NCBI GenBank assembly: GCA_964362535.1
Contig: CAYIEN010000004.1
Span: 3,571-62,689, forward strand
Reading direction: 5' to 3'
DNA from: an uncultured Methanosarcinales archaeon
Lineage (GTDB): Archaea > Nanobdellota > Nanobdellia > Woesearchaeales > ARS49
DNA length: 59,119 nt
The position numbers and the translations under genes were made by a program. Of the stretch, positions 33,294-42,207 are shown piece by piece. How positions within the stretch are numbered: position 1 is the stretch's first letter; the number at the start of each line of letters is the position of its first letter. The notes below the pieces were generated by a model that saw only the letters and a list, made by a program, of their open reading frames with translations, made no database searches and was not told the DNA's origin.

Positions 33294-33728
33294 ATGTCAG
33301 TAAAGGAGCATAAATCCCAAAAAGGTTATTTGTATGCTTATTTTCTACTGAGTGCCGTTATTGGCTTTGTAGCTCTCGTACAATCAATTCATAATCCGAG
33401 TTCAGTTAGTGAATTCGTTAATAACGAGAAGTCATTGTCAATTACCGGCATCTTAATCGCACCTGTACTATTTATTTTAAGTATCCTCGCGATATTTATA
33501 ATTTTACGTGCAAAATTCAGCAAGAAACTATTAGCATACCCTTTGTACTTTATTTTCTTCTTTGTGTTTTGGCTAAACGTTGCACCATTCATCATTATTT
33601 GGCCAGTTCTTCGTCCGCAGGATCAAGCTCTGCAAATTTTAGATGCAATGACTAAAATTGATCCTTTGTTCTATTTCTTACAAGTGGTATTGGCAAGTTG
33701 GGCAGTCTACCAAATATCAAGGAAGTAA
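33294..33728 (+). CDS. Multi-pass membrane protein
   Basis: About four hydrophobic segments; AT-rich. Confidence 0.6.
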   Translation: MSVKEHKSQKGYLYAYFLLSAVIGFVALVQSIHNPSSVSEFVNNEKSLSITGILIAPVLFILSILAIFIILRAKFSKKLLAYPLYFIFFFVFWLNVAPFIIIWPVLRPQDQALQILDAMTKIDPLFYFLQVVLASWAVYQISRK

Positions 33729-33808
33729 TTCCCTCAAATTTTCCGAAAATTTGTGCATAAGATTTAAATATTAAAAACGCTGTATTTTGTGTTAGATGGA
33801 GGTGGATT

Positions 33809-33892
33809 ATGGCTGAATCAGACGGCGATGATTTTGAGCTCAAGGAAGAGGAAGAAGATAAGGATATTGATGCTTCCGATTGGGACAACTGA
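33809..33892 (+). CDS. 27-aa acidic microprotein (not in ORF track)
   Basis: TTTAAATA upstream, SD GGAGGTGGA, MAESDGDDFELKEEEEDKDIDASDWDN. Confidence 0.55.
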   Translation: MAESDGDDFELKEEEEDKDIDASDWDN

Positions 33893-33943
33893 TTGTTTTT
33901 TAAACTTGAATTATTGTTTATTCTAGTTATGATTGTGCAGCAT

Positions 33944-34468
33944 ATGAAGTGTGAGCCTTGTAGGAAGGCAGGAGTGTGTGTCCGTACAGGCGAATGCTGT
34001 CATATTAGGGAAGATGTTGTTATTGACCCTTTAGAAGACAAGCGGATGAAGGAGGCCGTGTTTGACACGTCAGGCGTCGTTTATCTTTACCCGTTGTCAA
34101 GATATACCATCAGCCTCTCAGAAGCGGAAGCAAAGTGGATGAAGAACGAAGCAAAGAGCAGAAACATCACTCTAAACATCTTGCCAAAACGAATCTTGTA
34201 CGACGAAACCTCAGAAAAAGCGTTCGTTTTCGATTGGTTCGTTGACCACGATGTCTGCCCTTTCCTCCACGGCACGAATCATTGCTCGATTTACGCAAAT
34301 CGACCGTTGATTTGCAAGGATTTTCCTTTTAAACACTTAAAAACAAACCAGTTGGATGAAATCAAAACATTTATTAGCGCTCACAAAATTCATATCCCTA
34401 TCCTGCCGAATGAGGCAGTAGTCAAGCTTGCCCGCGATAGCTTGAAACGTCAGGGAATTACAATATGA
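33944..34468 (+). CDS. YkgJ-family (CxxCxxCC) Fe-S/Zn cluster protein
   Basis: C..TGECC, CPFL....CSIYANRPLICKDFPF. Confidence 0.85.
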   Translation: MKCEPCRKAGVCVRTGECCHIREDVVIDPLEDKRMKEAVFDTSGVVYLYPLSRYTISLSEAEAKWMKNEAKSRNITLNILPKRILYDETSEKAFVFDWFVDHDVCPFLHGTNHCSIYANRPLICKDFPFKHLKTNQLDEIKTFISAHKIHIPILPNEAVVKLARDSLKRQGITI

Positions 34469-35484
34469 TTGCGGACAACGAACTCAGACAATTCTTACAG
34501 ACACGCTCACCGACAATTAGAGTTGTTGGCTGTGGTGGTGCGGGAAAGAACACGCTTACCACGTTACGAAACCTCAACATCAGTGGCGTTGAGCTTATCG
34601 GCATGAATACAGACGCGCAAGATTTGTTGCGCACACCTGCTGATTTTAAGGTTATTCTTGGAAAGCAGTTAACCCGAGGTCAGGGTGCGGGTAACAATCC
34701 GGATGTCGGCGCGCAGGCGGCGGCAGAAAGCCAAGTTGAAATCAAGGCTGCTGTTGAAAAGACTGATTTGTTGTTTTTAACGGGCGGTCTTGGCGGCGGC
34801 ACAGGCACAGGTAGCCTTCCGATTGTTGCAGCCGAAGCAAAGAAGTTAGGAATTCTTACCATCGCAGTTGTTTCGTTACCCTTCCTCATGGAAGGTCACA
34901 GGCGTTGGGATAACGCCATGCGTGGCCTCAAAAACTTGGAAAACAATGTTGACGCGTTAGTTTTGTTGCCGAACGAAAAGCTTCTCACTATCTCGCCCGA
35001 CTTACCGCTCCATCTTGCATTTCAAACGTCCGACTTAGTGCTTTCGAACGCGATTAAGGGCATTATTGATCTTATTACGAAGCCTGGTTTGGTCAATCTT
35101 GACTTCTCCGACTTAACAACGGTCACGAAGAATTCAGGCATTGCACTCATCGGCACGGGCGAAAGCGACACAAATCACCGAGCAACAGAAGCAATCGAAA
35201 TGGCGCTGAAGAATCCGTTACTCGACGCAAATTTGAGTGGCGCATCAGGTGCATTGGTCAACGTCATTGGCGGCAGCGATTTAACGTTGAACGAAGCGCA
35301 ACTCATTATTTCAAGGCTCAGCCAATCCTTGAGTCCGGAGGCAAAAGTCATTTGGGGTGCTCAAATCGACCCGACATTAGGATCTAAACTCAAAGTATTA
35401 GTCATTGTAACGGGCATCAAGGCAAAAGCAATCGTTGACAGCCACGCAGACGCGCAGGGTTTTGTTGAGTTTGATGAGTTATGA
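34465..35484 (+). CDS. ftsZ: Cell division GTPase FtsZ (divergent paralog)
   Basis: VVGCGGAG.N, NTDAQDL, G.GAG..P..G, GGGTGTG, PF..EG, NLDFSD, VIWGA. Confidence 0.95.
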   Translation: MIADNELRQFLQTRSPTIRVVGCGGAGKNTLTTLRNLNISGVELIGMNTDAQDLLRTPADFKVILGKQLTRGQGAGNNPDVGAQAAAESQVEIKAAVEKTDLLFLTGGLGGGTGTGSLPIVAAEAKKLGILTIAVVSLPFLMEGHRRWDNAMRGLKNLENNVDALVLLPNEKLLTISPDLPLHLAFQTSDLVLSNAIKGIIDLITKPGLVNLDFSDLTTVTKNSGIALIGTGESDTNHRATEAIEMALKNPLLDANLSGASGALVNVIGGSDLTLNEAQLIISRLSQSLSPEAKVIWGAQIDPTLGSKLKVLVIVTGIKAKAIVDSHADAQGFVEFDEL

Positions 35485-35906
35485 ACGTTCTTTTTCCGTC
35501 TGAACAAGGCATTGAAGCGCGGGTTGTTGCAGAATTGCCGCGAGCAGACTTGTTGGATGCGCATGATGTCTATTTATCTCGCGTTTTTCTGGTGAATCCT
35601 GATTATTCTTTGCAGGCCGTGTGGGGACAGTCGCAAAAGAAGATCGAAACGTTGCCAAACTGTGAATGGTTGTTGACGGATGATGGCCGAGTGTATGCGA
35701 AGCTGTTGTCGCGCAGATATAAGAATGATGACAGCAGTAAGGGTCCGCGATGGTTGCATCGTGCCGAGAATTTGTGGCCGGAGATGCGTTCCAAACTCAG
35801 ACCGACGCTGACATATCTGAAGAGTTTGGCGCCGACATTCACGGAAGGGGTTGAGAGGTATGTTGCGCTACGGAAGGTAGGTCTTGGTTTGCTGATTTAT
35901 CCGTAA
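35481..35906 (+). CDS. Hypothetical protein
   Basis: 141 aa, ATGA-coupled to ftsZ. Confidence 0.6.
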   Translation: MNVLFPSEQGIEARVVAELPRADLLDAHDVYLSRVFLVNPDYSLQAVWGQSQKKIETLPNCEWLLTDDGRVYAKLLSRRYKNDDSSKGPRWLHRAENLWPEMRSKLRPTLTYLKSLAPTFTEGVERYVALRKVGLGLLIYP

Positions 35907-35913
35907 CGGTTTG

Positions 35914-36930
35914 TTAGTTCCCGTTCTTTTCTGCTGCTTTCATAAGTTCTGCGATTGATACAGTAGCAACTCCGACTTTGCCGACTTTTACGCCGCCTGC
36001 TAGGTTTGCCATGTGGACTGCGTGCTGAATTGGCAACTGAGCAATTGCACAGACAGAGTAAGTAGCAAGAACCGTGTCGCCCGCGCCGGTAACGTCATAA
36101 ATTTCAGAAGCTTTGGTGACATCCTGATGGACAAGTCCGTTCTTTTCCAAGACATAGATGCCGTCTTTGCCGCGCGTAATGAAGATGTTTGCGCCGAGCT
36201 GGTGTTGGAGTGCTTTCGCGATTTCTTCAACGTGATTGGAAGTAGTGCCGTATTCTTGCGCGAGTAATTTTGCTTCTTTCATGTTAAGTGTTAGTGAGTG
36301 GAAGGTGACGTGGCGTAAGTAAGTAGTGGGTGATTGGGGCATGCGGGGTTTGGGAGAAATAATCAACGGAATCCCAGTTGATTCTGCTGCTTTGACAACG
36401 TCGGGGTCGATGACTCCTTTTGCGTAGTCGGAAATGACGATGCCGTCGTAGCCATCAGCATTATTTCTTTTTTTGAGTGAGCGTATTGTTTCAAGCAAGG
36501 TGTCTTTTGCTTTGCCAGAACAAGCATCCGTTATTTCGTGGTCAACCCGAAGCAACAAATGTTTGGGTCCGAATCCGGTGCCCCAGAAGCGTGTTTTGAC
36601 CGTTGTGGGCCGCATGGAGTCAAGAATAAATTGTGATTGGACGTTTGGATATGCGCACTGTAGTTCGACTGCTAATTCTTGCGCTGCTAAATCAGAGCCA
36701 ACAACACCAATCAACGTACAATGTGCACCTAGTGCTGCAATTCCTGCAGCCACGTTTGCAGTGCCACCAGGCAGGACTTTGCGGGTTTCTTTCAACATCA
36801 AAGGAACAGGAGCTTCTGGCGTAATTCGTGTAACGTGTCCTTCGATGTTTTCGTCGACCATGACGTCGCCGATGACGGCAATGCGTAAATTACTCGCTCG
36901 TTTGGCGAGTTCTTGAATAACAGGAAGCAT
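35914..36930 (-). CDS. rfaE1: D-glycero-D-manno-heptose-7-phosphate kinase (HldE/RfaE kinase domain, PfkB family)
   Basis: VIGDVMVD...G.V.RI.PEAPVP, GG.ANVA, RPTTVKTR, LLRVD.E, ISDYAKGV, YDVTGAGDTV, V.K.G.ATVS. Confidence 0.88.
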   Translation of the reverse strand: MLPVIQELAKRASNLRIAVIGDVMVDENIEGHVTRITPEAPVPLMLKETRKVLPGGTANVAAGIAALGAHCTLIGVVGSDLAAQELAVELQCAYPNVQSQFILDSMRPTTVKTRFWGTGFGPKHLLLRVDHEITDACSGKAKDTLLETIRSLKKRNNADGYDGIVISDYAKGVIDPDVVKAAESTGIPLIISPKPRMPQSPTTYLRHVTFHSLTLNMKEAKLLAQEYGTTSNHVEEIAKALQHQLGANIFITRGKDGIYVLEKNGLVHQDVTKASEIYDVTGAGDTVLATYSVCAIAQLPIQHAVHMANLAGGVKVGKVGVATVSIAELMKAAEKNGN

Positions 36931-37053
36931 ATATGAAGACCGTTTGGAGTGTGTTAAAAAGCTTGCGGTCGTGGCGTTCAGCAACTGGAGACGAGAAAAT
37001 CTTAAATACGATCTTATCTGTAGCTTATAAAGAAGGGGTTGGTGGTGTTGCTG

Positions 37054-37608
37054 ATGAAAATTCATTTCCCGAAGTTGTGGTTTATTGTTTCTGGATACAA
37101 GACTGGCGAGAAAGTAGCGCGTTCAGTAGTGAGCAATCAGGATTCGTTCGCAACGCCTGCCAGAAGTGTTTCTTTTCATAATTCCGATATCTTGTTGCCG
37201 TACGTTGGCAAAGTAACTGATGAGAAAGTTGATGGTACGTTTCCGTTTTCGCGTGGTGTTGCGTTTAGTGGAGATTATGATGTAAAATTGAGTTATGCTG
37301 CGAACATCTGGCCGGTTCCGAAGATTGTTCTTGTTGAGGATGGTCGCGTGTTTAGTGTTGCTGCAAAAAGCGAACTAGAAACGCTTTTGAAGAGTTTGCC
37401 GGACGCGGACGATGAAACGTTTACGCAGGCGTTCCAGTCGTGTGTTTCTCGGATGCAGAACAATCCCGCAACGTATTGTCCGGGTGTAAAGGCCATTCCG
37501 CACTTGTCTGGTTTGGCGCAAAAGCCGTATGGGAAGTCATATTTGGGCGCTTCAGTTGTGCAATCGCGAGGCCGTCCTGATCCTATCACGAGACGAGATA
37601 CAGTATAA
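37054..37608 (+). CDS. Hypothetical protein
   Basis: ORF from MKIHF; TTATAAA upstream. Confidence 0.55.
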   Translation: MKIHFPKLWFIVSGYKTGEKVARSVVSNQDSFATPARSVSFHNSDILLPYVGKVTDEKVDGTFPFSRGVAFSGDYDVKLSYAANIWPVPKIVLVEDGRVFSVAAKSELETLLKSLPDADDETFTQAFQSCVSRMQNNPATYCPGVKAIPHLSGLAQKPYGKSYLGASVVQSRGRPDPITRRDTV

Positions 37609-37627
37609 ATTGATTTGAAGTAATTCT

Positions 37628-38983
37628 TTACGCCTTAATCAGTCCGTAACCGATAAGTCGCCATCTTTGACCTACTGAACGAGAAATTGTCAATCTCGCA
37701 CCCAAATCAGCGCAGACAGGTCGTCTCAAATCTAATTTAACAAGTCCTTTGCTGAATTCTTTGACAACGCCAACGGTGGCAGATGCATTGACGTTCAACA
37801 TTAACATTTCTCCGAGCTTAATCGGATCAACGACGAGTTTGTCTTTTGCGCCGACAACGCGGTCAAGCAAGTGTGGTTCGACGGTGAATGCGCTCCAAAT
37901 CTTTGGCAATTTACCAGTTAAGCCAAGTACTGCGCCAACTAATTGGTCGGACTTAACCATGGTCGGGTCCAAGCCGGACAAGACAGCAATCGTGCCGCCT
38001 GGTCGTGCAGAATCAATTTTGGTTGTTCCTGACATGAGTCCGCGGATAGTAGAGTGAATTGGTTTCCAGACTTTTTGGTTTTTTTCAGCCACTTCGTAGC
38101 CAGGCAAGATGGTGATGTTATCGCCCGCTTTCAAAACGCCTTGTTTCAACGCTCCACCAAGGATGCCGCCAACCATTTTTTGCGGAATCGTGCCGGGTTT
38201 GTTGACATCGAAGGAACGTGCGATAAAGAACAGAGGGTCTTTGGTCAAGTCGCGTGCGGGGACAGGAATCTTTTCAAGAATCGTGCCGAGCAATGCGTCG
38301 ACGTTAAGGTTGTGCTGCGCAGACAAAGGAATGACAGGAGCGTTTGCGTAGGGTGTGTCTTTCAGGAAGTCTTTGATTTGCTGCAGGCTCTTTTTGGCTT
38401 GTTCTTCGGTGACAATGTCGATTTTGTTTTGGACAACAATCAAGTTTTTCAAGCCGATAATTTCGAGTGCTTTGACGTGTTCTTGGGTTTGGGGTTGCGG
38501 GCAGGTTTCGTTCGCAGCAACTAACAATAACGCTCCGTCCATGATGTTTGCGCCGCACAGCATCGTTGCCATGAGGCTTTCATGGCCGGGAGCGTCTACA
38601 AGCGAGACTTTGCGGTGCAATGTTCCTGCGGACTTGCAGTGCGCACATTCAGGTTTCAAGGAATAGCAGTCAGGTTCTTCGCATTTCGGGCATTTGAATA
38701 TGTTAAAGTCAGCGTAACCTAATCTGATGGTGATTCCTCGTTTGATTTCTTCGGAGTGCATGGCAGTCCATTTGCCAGATAATGCTTGAACGAGAGTTGT
38801 TTTTCCGTGGTCGACGTGGCCGACAATGCCGATGCTCAAATCAGGCTGGACATCGGAAGAATGCTTGACAGGTTCTGCGTGTTTTGCTTCCGCTTTAGGT
38901 TGTTTTTCTGCTTTTGCCGCTTTTACTGCAGTCTTTTCAGAAGGATTTTCTTCGGATGTTGATGTTTTCTTCTTTGCAACCAT
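37628..38983 (-). CDS. eif2g: Translation initiation factor 2 gamma subunit (aIF2-gamma)
   Basis: GHVDHGKTT, RGITIRLGYA, Zn ribbon, DAPGHE.LMATML, QNKID, RSFDVNKPG, RWRLIGYG. Confidence 0.98.
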   Translation of the reverse strand: MVAKKKTSTSEENPSEKTAVKAAKAEKQPKAEAKHAEPVKHSSDVQPDLSIGIVGHVDHGKTTLVQALSGKWTAMHSEEIKRGITIRLGYADFNIFKCPKCEEPDCYSLKPECAHCKSAGTLHRKVSLVDAPGHESLMATMLCGANIMDGALLLVAANETCPQPQTQEHVKALEIIGLKNLIVVQNKIDIVTEEQAKKSLQQIKDFLKDTPYANAPVIPLSAQHNLNVDALLGTILEKIPVPARDLTKDPLFFIARSFDVNKPGTIPQKMVGGILGGALKQGVLKAGDNITILPGYEVAEKNQKVWKPIHSTIRGLMSGTTKIDSARPGGTIAVLSGLDPTMVKSDQLVGAVLGLTGKLPKIWSAFTVEPHLLDRVVGAKDKLVVDPIKLGEMLMLNVNASATVGVVKEFSKGLVKLDLRRPVCADLGARLTISRSVGQRWRLIGYGLIKA

Positions 38984-39061
38984 TACTGCGTTTGTTCAAG
39001 GAGGGGTATTTAAATGTTGGTGATGGAAAATAGGAGTGTTCCAGTCGCTAAATTCTTATAA

Positions 39062-39688
39062 ATGAGTTTTGCGCGTTATTTATTTTTGATGGATGTCAAA
39101 ACAAGTTCTCAGTTCTTGTCGCTTTGTGACCATCTGTCGTTTGTGCAAAAGACATCGTATGGTGAAGTTGTTCTTGACCCGTTGTTGGACCCGTTCAAAC
39201 CCTTGCTACCGAAGGGACCAAGGGAAGGAAGCGTTTATTGGAGTCCAGGACAGGAGCATTACGGATTAGTGGAATTGAACGGTAAATCTCCTGCGACGTG
39301 GTTATTTTATCGTGACAATATTCTTTTGGCTTCTGACGGGATAACGCTTGATGCGGTTATTCAAACGCCGGTTATTGAACGATTGTGGGGGCATCGCGCA
39401 TTGCCAACGGATTTGTTGTTGCTCGACCGTGCGAAAGTGTTGCGCGAAGAAGAGATTGCAAAATGTAAACGGCTTAATGAGTGGGCGATTGCGGAAGTGA
39501 AAAAGCGTGCGCCGATTGTGTATTTCTCAGATACGTGGTATGAAGGACTGCGACCATCACAGGAATTTCCAAAACGCATTACGGTTCCCGCACCGCAAGA
39601 AGCGCTAGAATATTTGGCACTGCACAGAAAACTGCCGAGTTTGCCGTGGAGTGACGCTATTTCAGAAACTTCAATAGTTTTGCCTTGA
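39062..39688 (+). CDS. Hypothetical protein
   Basis: 208-aa ORF; start may be MDVKT at about 39089. Confidence 0.55.
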   Translation: MSFARYLFLMDVKTSSQFLSLCDHLSFVQKTSYGEVVLDPLLDPFKPLLPKGPREGSVYWSPGQEHYGLVELNGKSPATWLFYRDNILLASDGITLDAVIQTPVIERLWGHRALPTDLLLLDRAKVLREEEIAKCKRLNEWAIAEVKKRAPIVYFSDTWYEGLRPSQEFPKRITVPAPQEALEYLALHRKLPSLPWSDAISETSIVLP

Positions 39689-40961
39689 TTTCTTCCAGTC
39701 GTTCTTTGGTGCTTGCTTCAATAACGAGTCGCAGTACAGGCTCAGTATTGCTGGCACGCACGTTGAACCAGGCATCAGGATACTCAATCGTTAATCCGTC
39801 TGTTCGAGAGATTCTTCCGTCAATGAATGCCTTTTTGATTGCTGAAAGTGTTCGCGTTTTGTCCGCAACTTTAAAACTCAGCTCTCCGCTGTTTTCGTAC
39901 TGGAAATACGGTGCAATCAATGCGGAAAGTGGCAAATTGGTGTGAGATAATATGGTCAACAATTTGACCAATGCCAAGTCTGCGCTCTCCACCCCAAAAT
40001 AGTCTTTGAAATAAAAGTGTCCTGACAATTCGCCGCCTAAGATTGCTCGGTGGCGTTTCATTTTCGCAGTAGTGGCAGAAGTTCCTACTTTGCTCAAAAC
40101 TAATTGTCCGCCGGCAGCTAAAATGGCATTTTTGAGCGAACGCGAGGAACGTAAGTCCGCGACAATCGTTCGTTTCGGATGTGTTTTCAATTCATAGGAA
40201 GCAAATAACGCAAGCATGATGTCTGCAGGCACGATGCGTCCGTGGTCGTCAATGAATGCAATTCTATCCATATCACCATCGAAGGCAACTCCCAATTTTG
40301 CTTTTTTCAACTTAACCATATCAGCACAATCTTTTGCATTGAGTAAGAGGTCAGGTTGTTGTTCGTGGTGGGTGAATTCGTGGCGGTTAAACCCGATGAA
40401 GGTTGCATCAACGGGTAAGTGGTCAAGTAATTTAGGAATGGTAATTGTCGCGGTGCAGTTTCCGCCTGCAAATACAACGTTTGTTTTGTTGATGTTGTGC
40501 GCGTGAGCAAGAATAGTTCGGAGATAGCTGCGTAAGATCGTTTTTTTGATGAGTTTTCCGCGGTGCGCAGCAGTATGTTTGCCTAAGAGCGGTTTGAGTT
40601 TGAGCAATTGTCGCCCAGTCAGAAATTGTGTGCCTTTCAAAACCGCTTTGATGCCGTTGTAGTGCATCGGGTTGTGAGATGCCGTAATCATTAACACATC
40701 GCCTTTGCGAGAAGCCAAATACGCCATCGGTGTGGAAATCAGTCCTAAATCAATGACGTCTGCTCCTTGGTCGCGTAGTCCTTCAGTGAGGGCTTTTCGC
40801 AATACTCCTGAGTGTGGGCGTATATCTCTGCCGACATACACTTTCTTGGTTTTGCGCCAGCGGACAAACGCCCGACCAATATCATAGAATAACTGCTCAT
40901 TCACTTGGTCAGGATACGTTCCTCTAATATCATAGGCACCAAAAACATCCTCTTTTTTCAC
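39657..40961 (-). CDS. Phosphomannomutase/phosphoglucomutase
   Basis: F.AYDIRG, MITASHNP..YNGIK, DGDMDR, GELSGH, VRASNTEP.LR. Confidence 0.95.
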   Translation of the reverse strand: MKKEDVFGAYDIRGTYPDQVNEQLFYDIGRAFVRWRKTKKVYVGRDIRPHSGVLRKALTEGLRDQGADVIDLGLISTPMAYLASRKGDVLMITASHNPMHYNGIKAVLKGTQFLTGRQLLKLKPLLGKHTAAHRGKLIKKTILRSYLRTILAHAHNINKTNVVFAGGNCTATITIPKLLDHLPVDATFIGFNRHEFTHHEQQPDLLLNAKDCADMVKLKKAKLGVAFDGDMDRIAFIDDHGRIVPADIMLALFASYELKTHPKRTIVADLRSSRSLKNAILAAGGQLVLSKVGTSATTAKMKRHRAILGGELSGHFYFKDYFGVESADLALVKLLTILSHTNLPLSALIAPYFQYENSGELSFKVADKTRTLSAIKKAFIDGRISRTDGLTIEYPDAWFNVRASNTEPVLRLVIEASTKERLEEIKAKLLKFLK

Positions 40962-40996
40962 AAGCTAAATTTGCAAGTTTTGGTATTTAAGTGTTG

Positions 40997-41464
40997 CTAA
41001 CGTTGGAGAGATGCCTTTTTTCTCTGTTGGAGGAGTTGTTTGTATTGCCAGAGTCGTTCTTTCAGGAGAAGTTGTTCAGAATTAGGCGTAGTTCGAGCAA
41101 GTGCTTGTAACGCATACTGTGCTGCGCCAATGGCGTGTGTTCGGACGTGTGCGGTTGCGACGGCTTGGCCGGAAGCTCGAGCGGCAGAACGTGCAGGTGT
41201 GTCCTCTCCGACGTCGCGGGCGGCTGCGTGCGAGTCTAAGGATGCTTTGCGAATAACTCGCATTGAGAATACTCCTGTGCGTATCCATTGTTGTAATGTT
41301 TCAAGCGCTATTCTTGGTCGTTTGTCTGCAGGATATTTTTTTTCGAAGAATGGCAATACTCGTTTTGCGCAGTCAATTGTCCAACGAGCGAGTGTTTTAT
41401 GGTCTGTCTTTGCAATGAGCGTGACGAGTTTCGGATCTTTTTGTGCGATGGTGAACGGTTTCAC
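40997..41464 (-). CDS. Imm5-like putative immunity protein
   Basis: LA.W..DCA.RVL..FE...P.D.RPR.AL....W; HAAAR; AARA.GQA.ATAH...HA. Confidence 0.8.
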   Translation of the reverse strand: MKPFTIAQKDPKLVTLIAKTDHKTLARWTIDCAKRVLPFFEKKYPADKRPRIALETLQQWIRTGVFSMRVIRKASLDSHAAARDVGEDTPARSAARASGQAVATAHVRTHAIGAAQYALQALARTTPNSEQLLLKERLWQYKQLLQQRKKASLQR

Positions 41465-41536
41465 TTTTTTTTAAATGGCCGAAATCGATATTTAAGGATT
41501 ACCAATCAAAAACAGTAATGGTGTAAGAAAAAAAAA

Positions 41537-41686
41537 CTAAGGAAGCTCGAGTTTTCTGGCTTTTGCTTGTTCGAGAGAGACTTCTTTGCGGCAGTCGAAG
41601 CACCATTTGCGCATGGGTGAATAGCTTTTGACGGTTTCGCCGCAGCGCTTGCACAGCATTGCTTCCAATTCTTCCCGTGATGCCAC
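41537..41686 (-). CDS. Small CxxC/CxxC zinc-finger microprotein (not in ORF track)
   Basis: (MASREELEA)MLCKRCGETVKSYSPMRKWCFDCRKEVSLEQAKARKLELP; GTG at 41686 or ATG at 41659; TTATATA upstream, T-tract downstream. Confidence 0.65.
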   Translation of the reverse strand: MASREELEAMLCKRCGETVKSYSPMRKWCFDCRKEVSLEQAKARKLELP

Positions 41687-41768
41687 AAGAAAATACGTAC
41701 GACTGAGCTATATAAGGTTTTCTCCTGTGTGGTGACTACGTTATAGCGTATCCAGAAGGTGACGGAAC

Positions 41769-42122
41769 TTATTTTTTGGTCAATTTTCCGTGAATAAGTT
41801 TGTTACGGGGCATGCTCAGCAGGAGAATGTGTGCAAAGAGCGCAATGACGTAGGCCATGACGAGAAAGGTGGTGATAGTCCAGAACGGTGCGCCAAAATT
41901 GCCGGTAAAGATGAGCAGAACAAACGCACCAATAGCACCAATGATGTAGTACTTGACACGTCCTGCCTGTATTTCAAAGTACGAGCGATAGATGATGAGG
42001 AAGATGATGGTTGCGTTGATGATGAGCGCAGCAACTGTTGTTCCGAACGAGACTCCTAGATACATGAAGAACGCGCACACGAGCAGAATGATGCCAAGTT
42101 GGAACCACATTAGAACGCACAC
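41769..42122 (-). CDS. Small multi-pass membrane protein
   Basis: Four hydrophobic segments. Confidence 0.6.
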   Translation of the reverse strand: MCVLMWFQLGIILLVCAFFMYLGVSFGTTVAALIINATIIFLIIYRSYFEIQAGRVKYYIIGAIGAFVLLIFTGNFGAPFWTITTFLVMAYVIALFAHILLLSMPRNKLIHGKLTKK

Positions 42123-42207
42123 TCTTTGTTAATCATACTATTCCTCTTTTTGCTTCTTCTCATTCTCTACCGAAAGTATTTAAAGCTTCTGAGAAGGTAT
42201 TCTCCCT

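Noticed and set aside
35481-37608. Shared L..DGRV(Y/F) motif in the two hypotheticals flanking the heptose kinase
   Set aside because: Too short to support paralogy
41506-41688. 60-aa ORF in the track
   Set aside because: Wrong frame; the CxxC/CxxC frame 41537-41686 is more plausible
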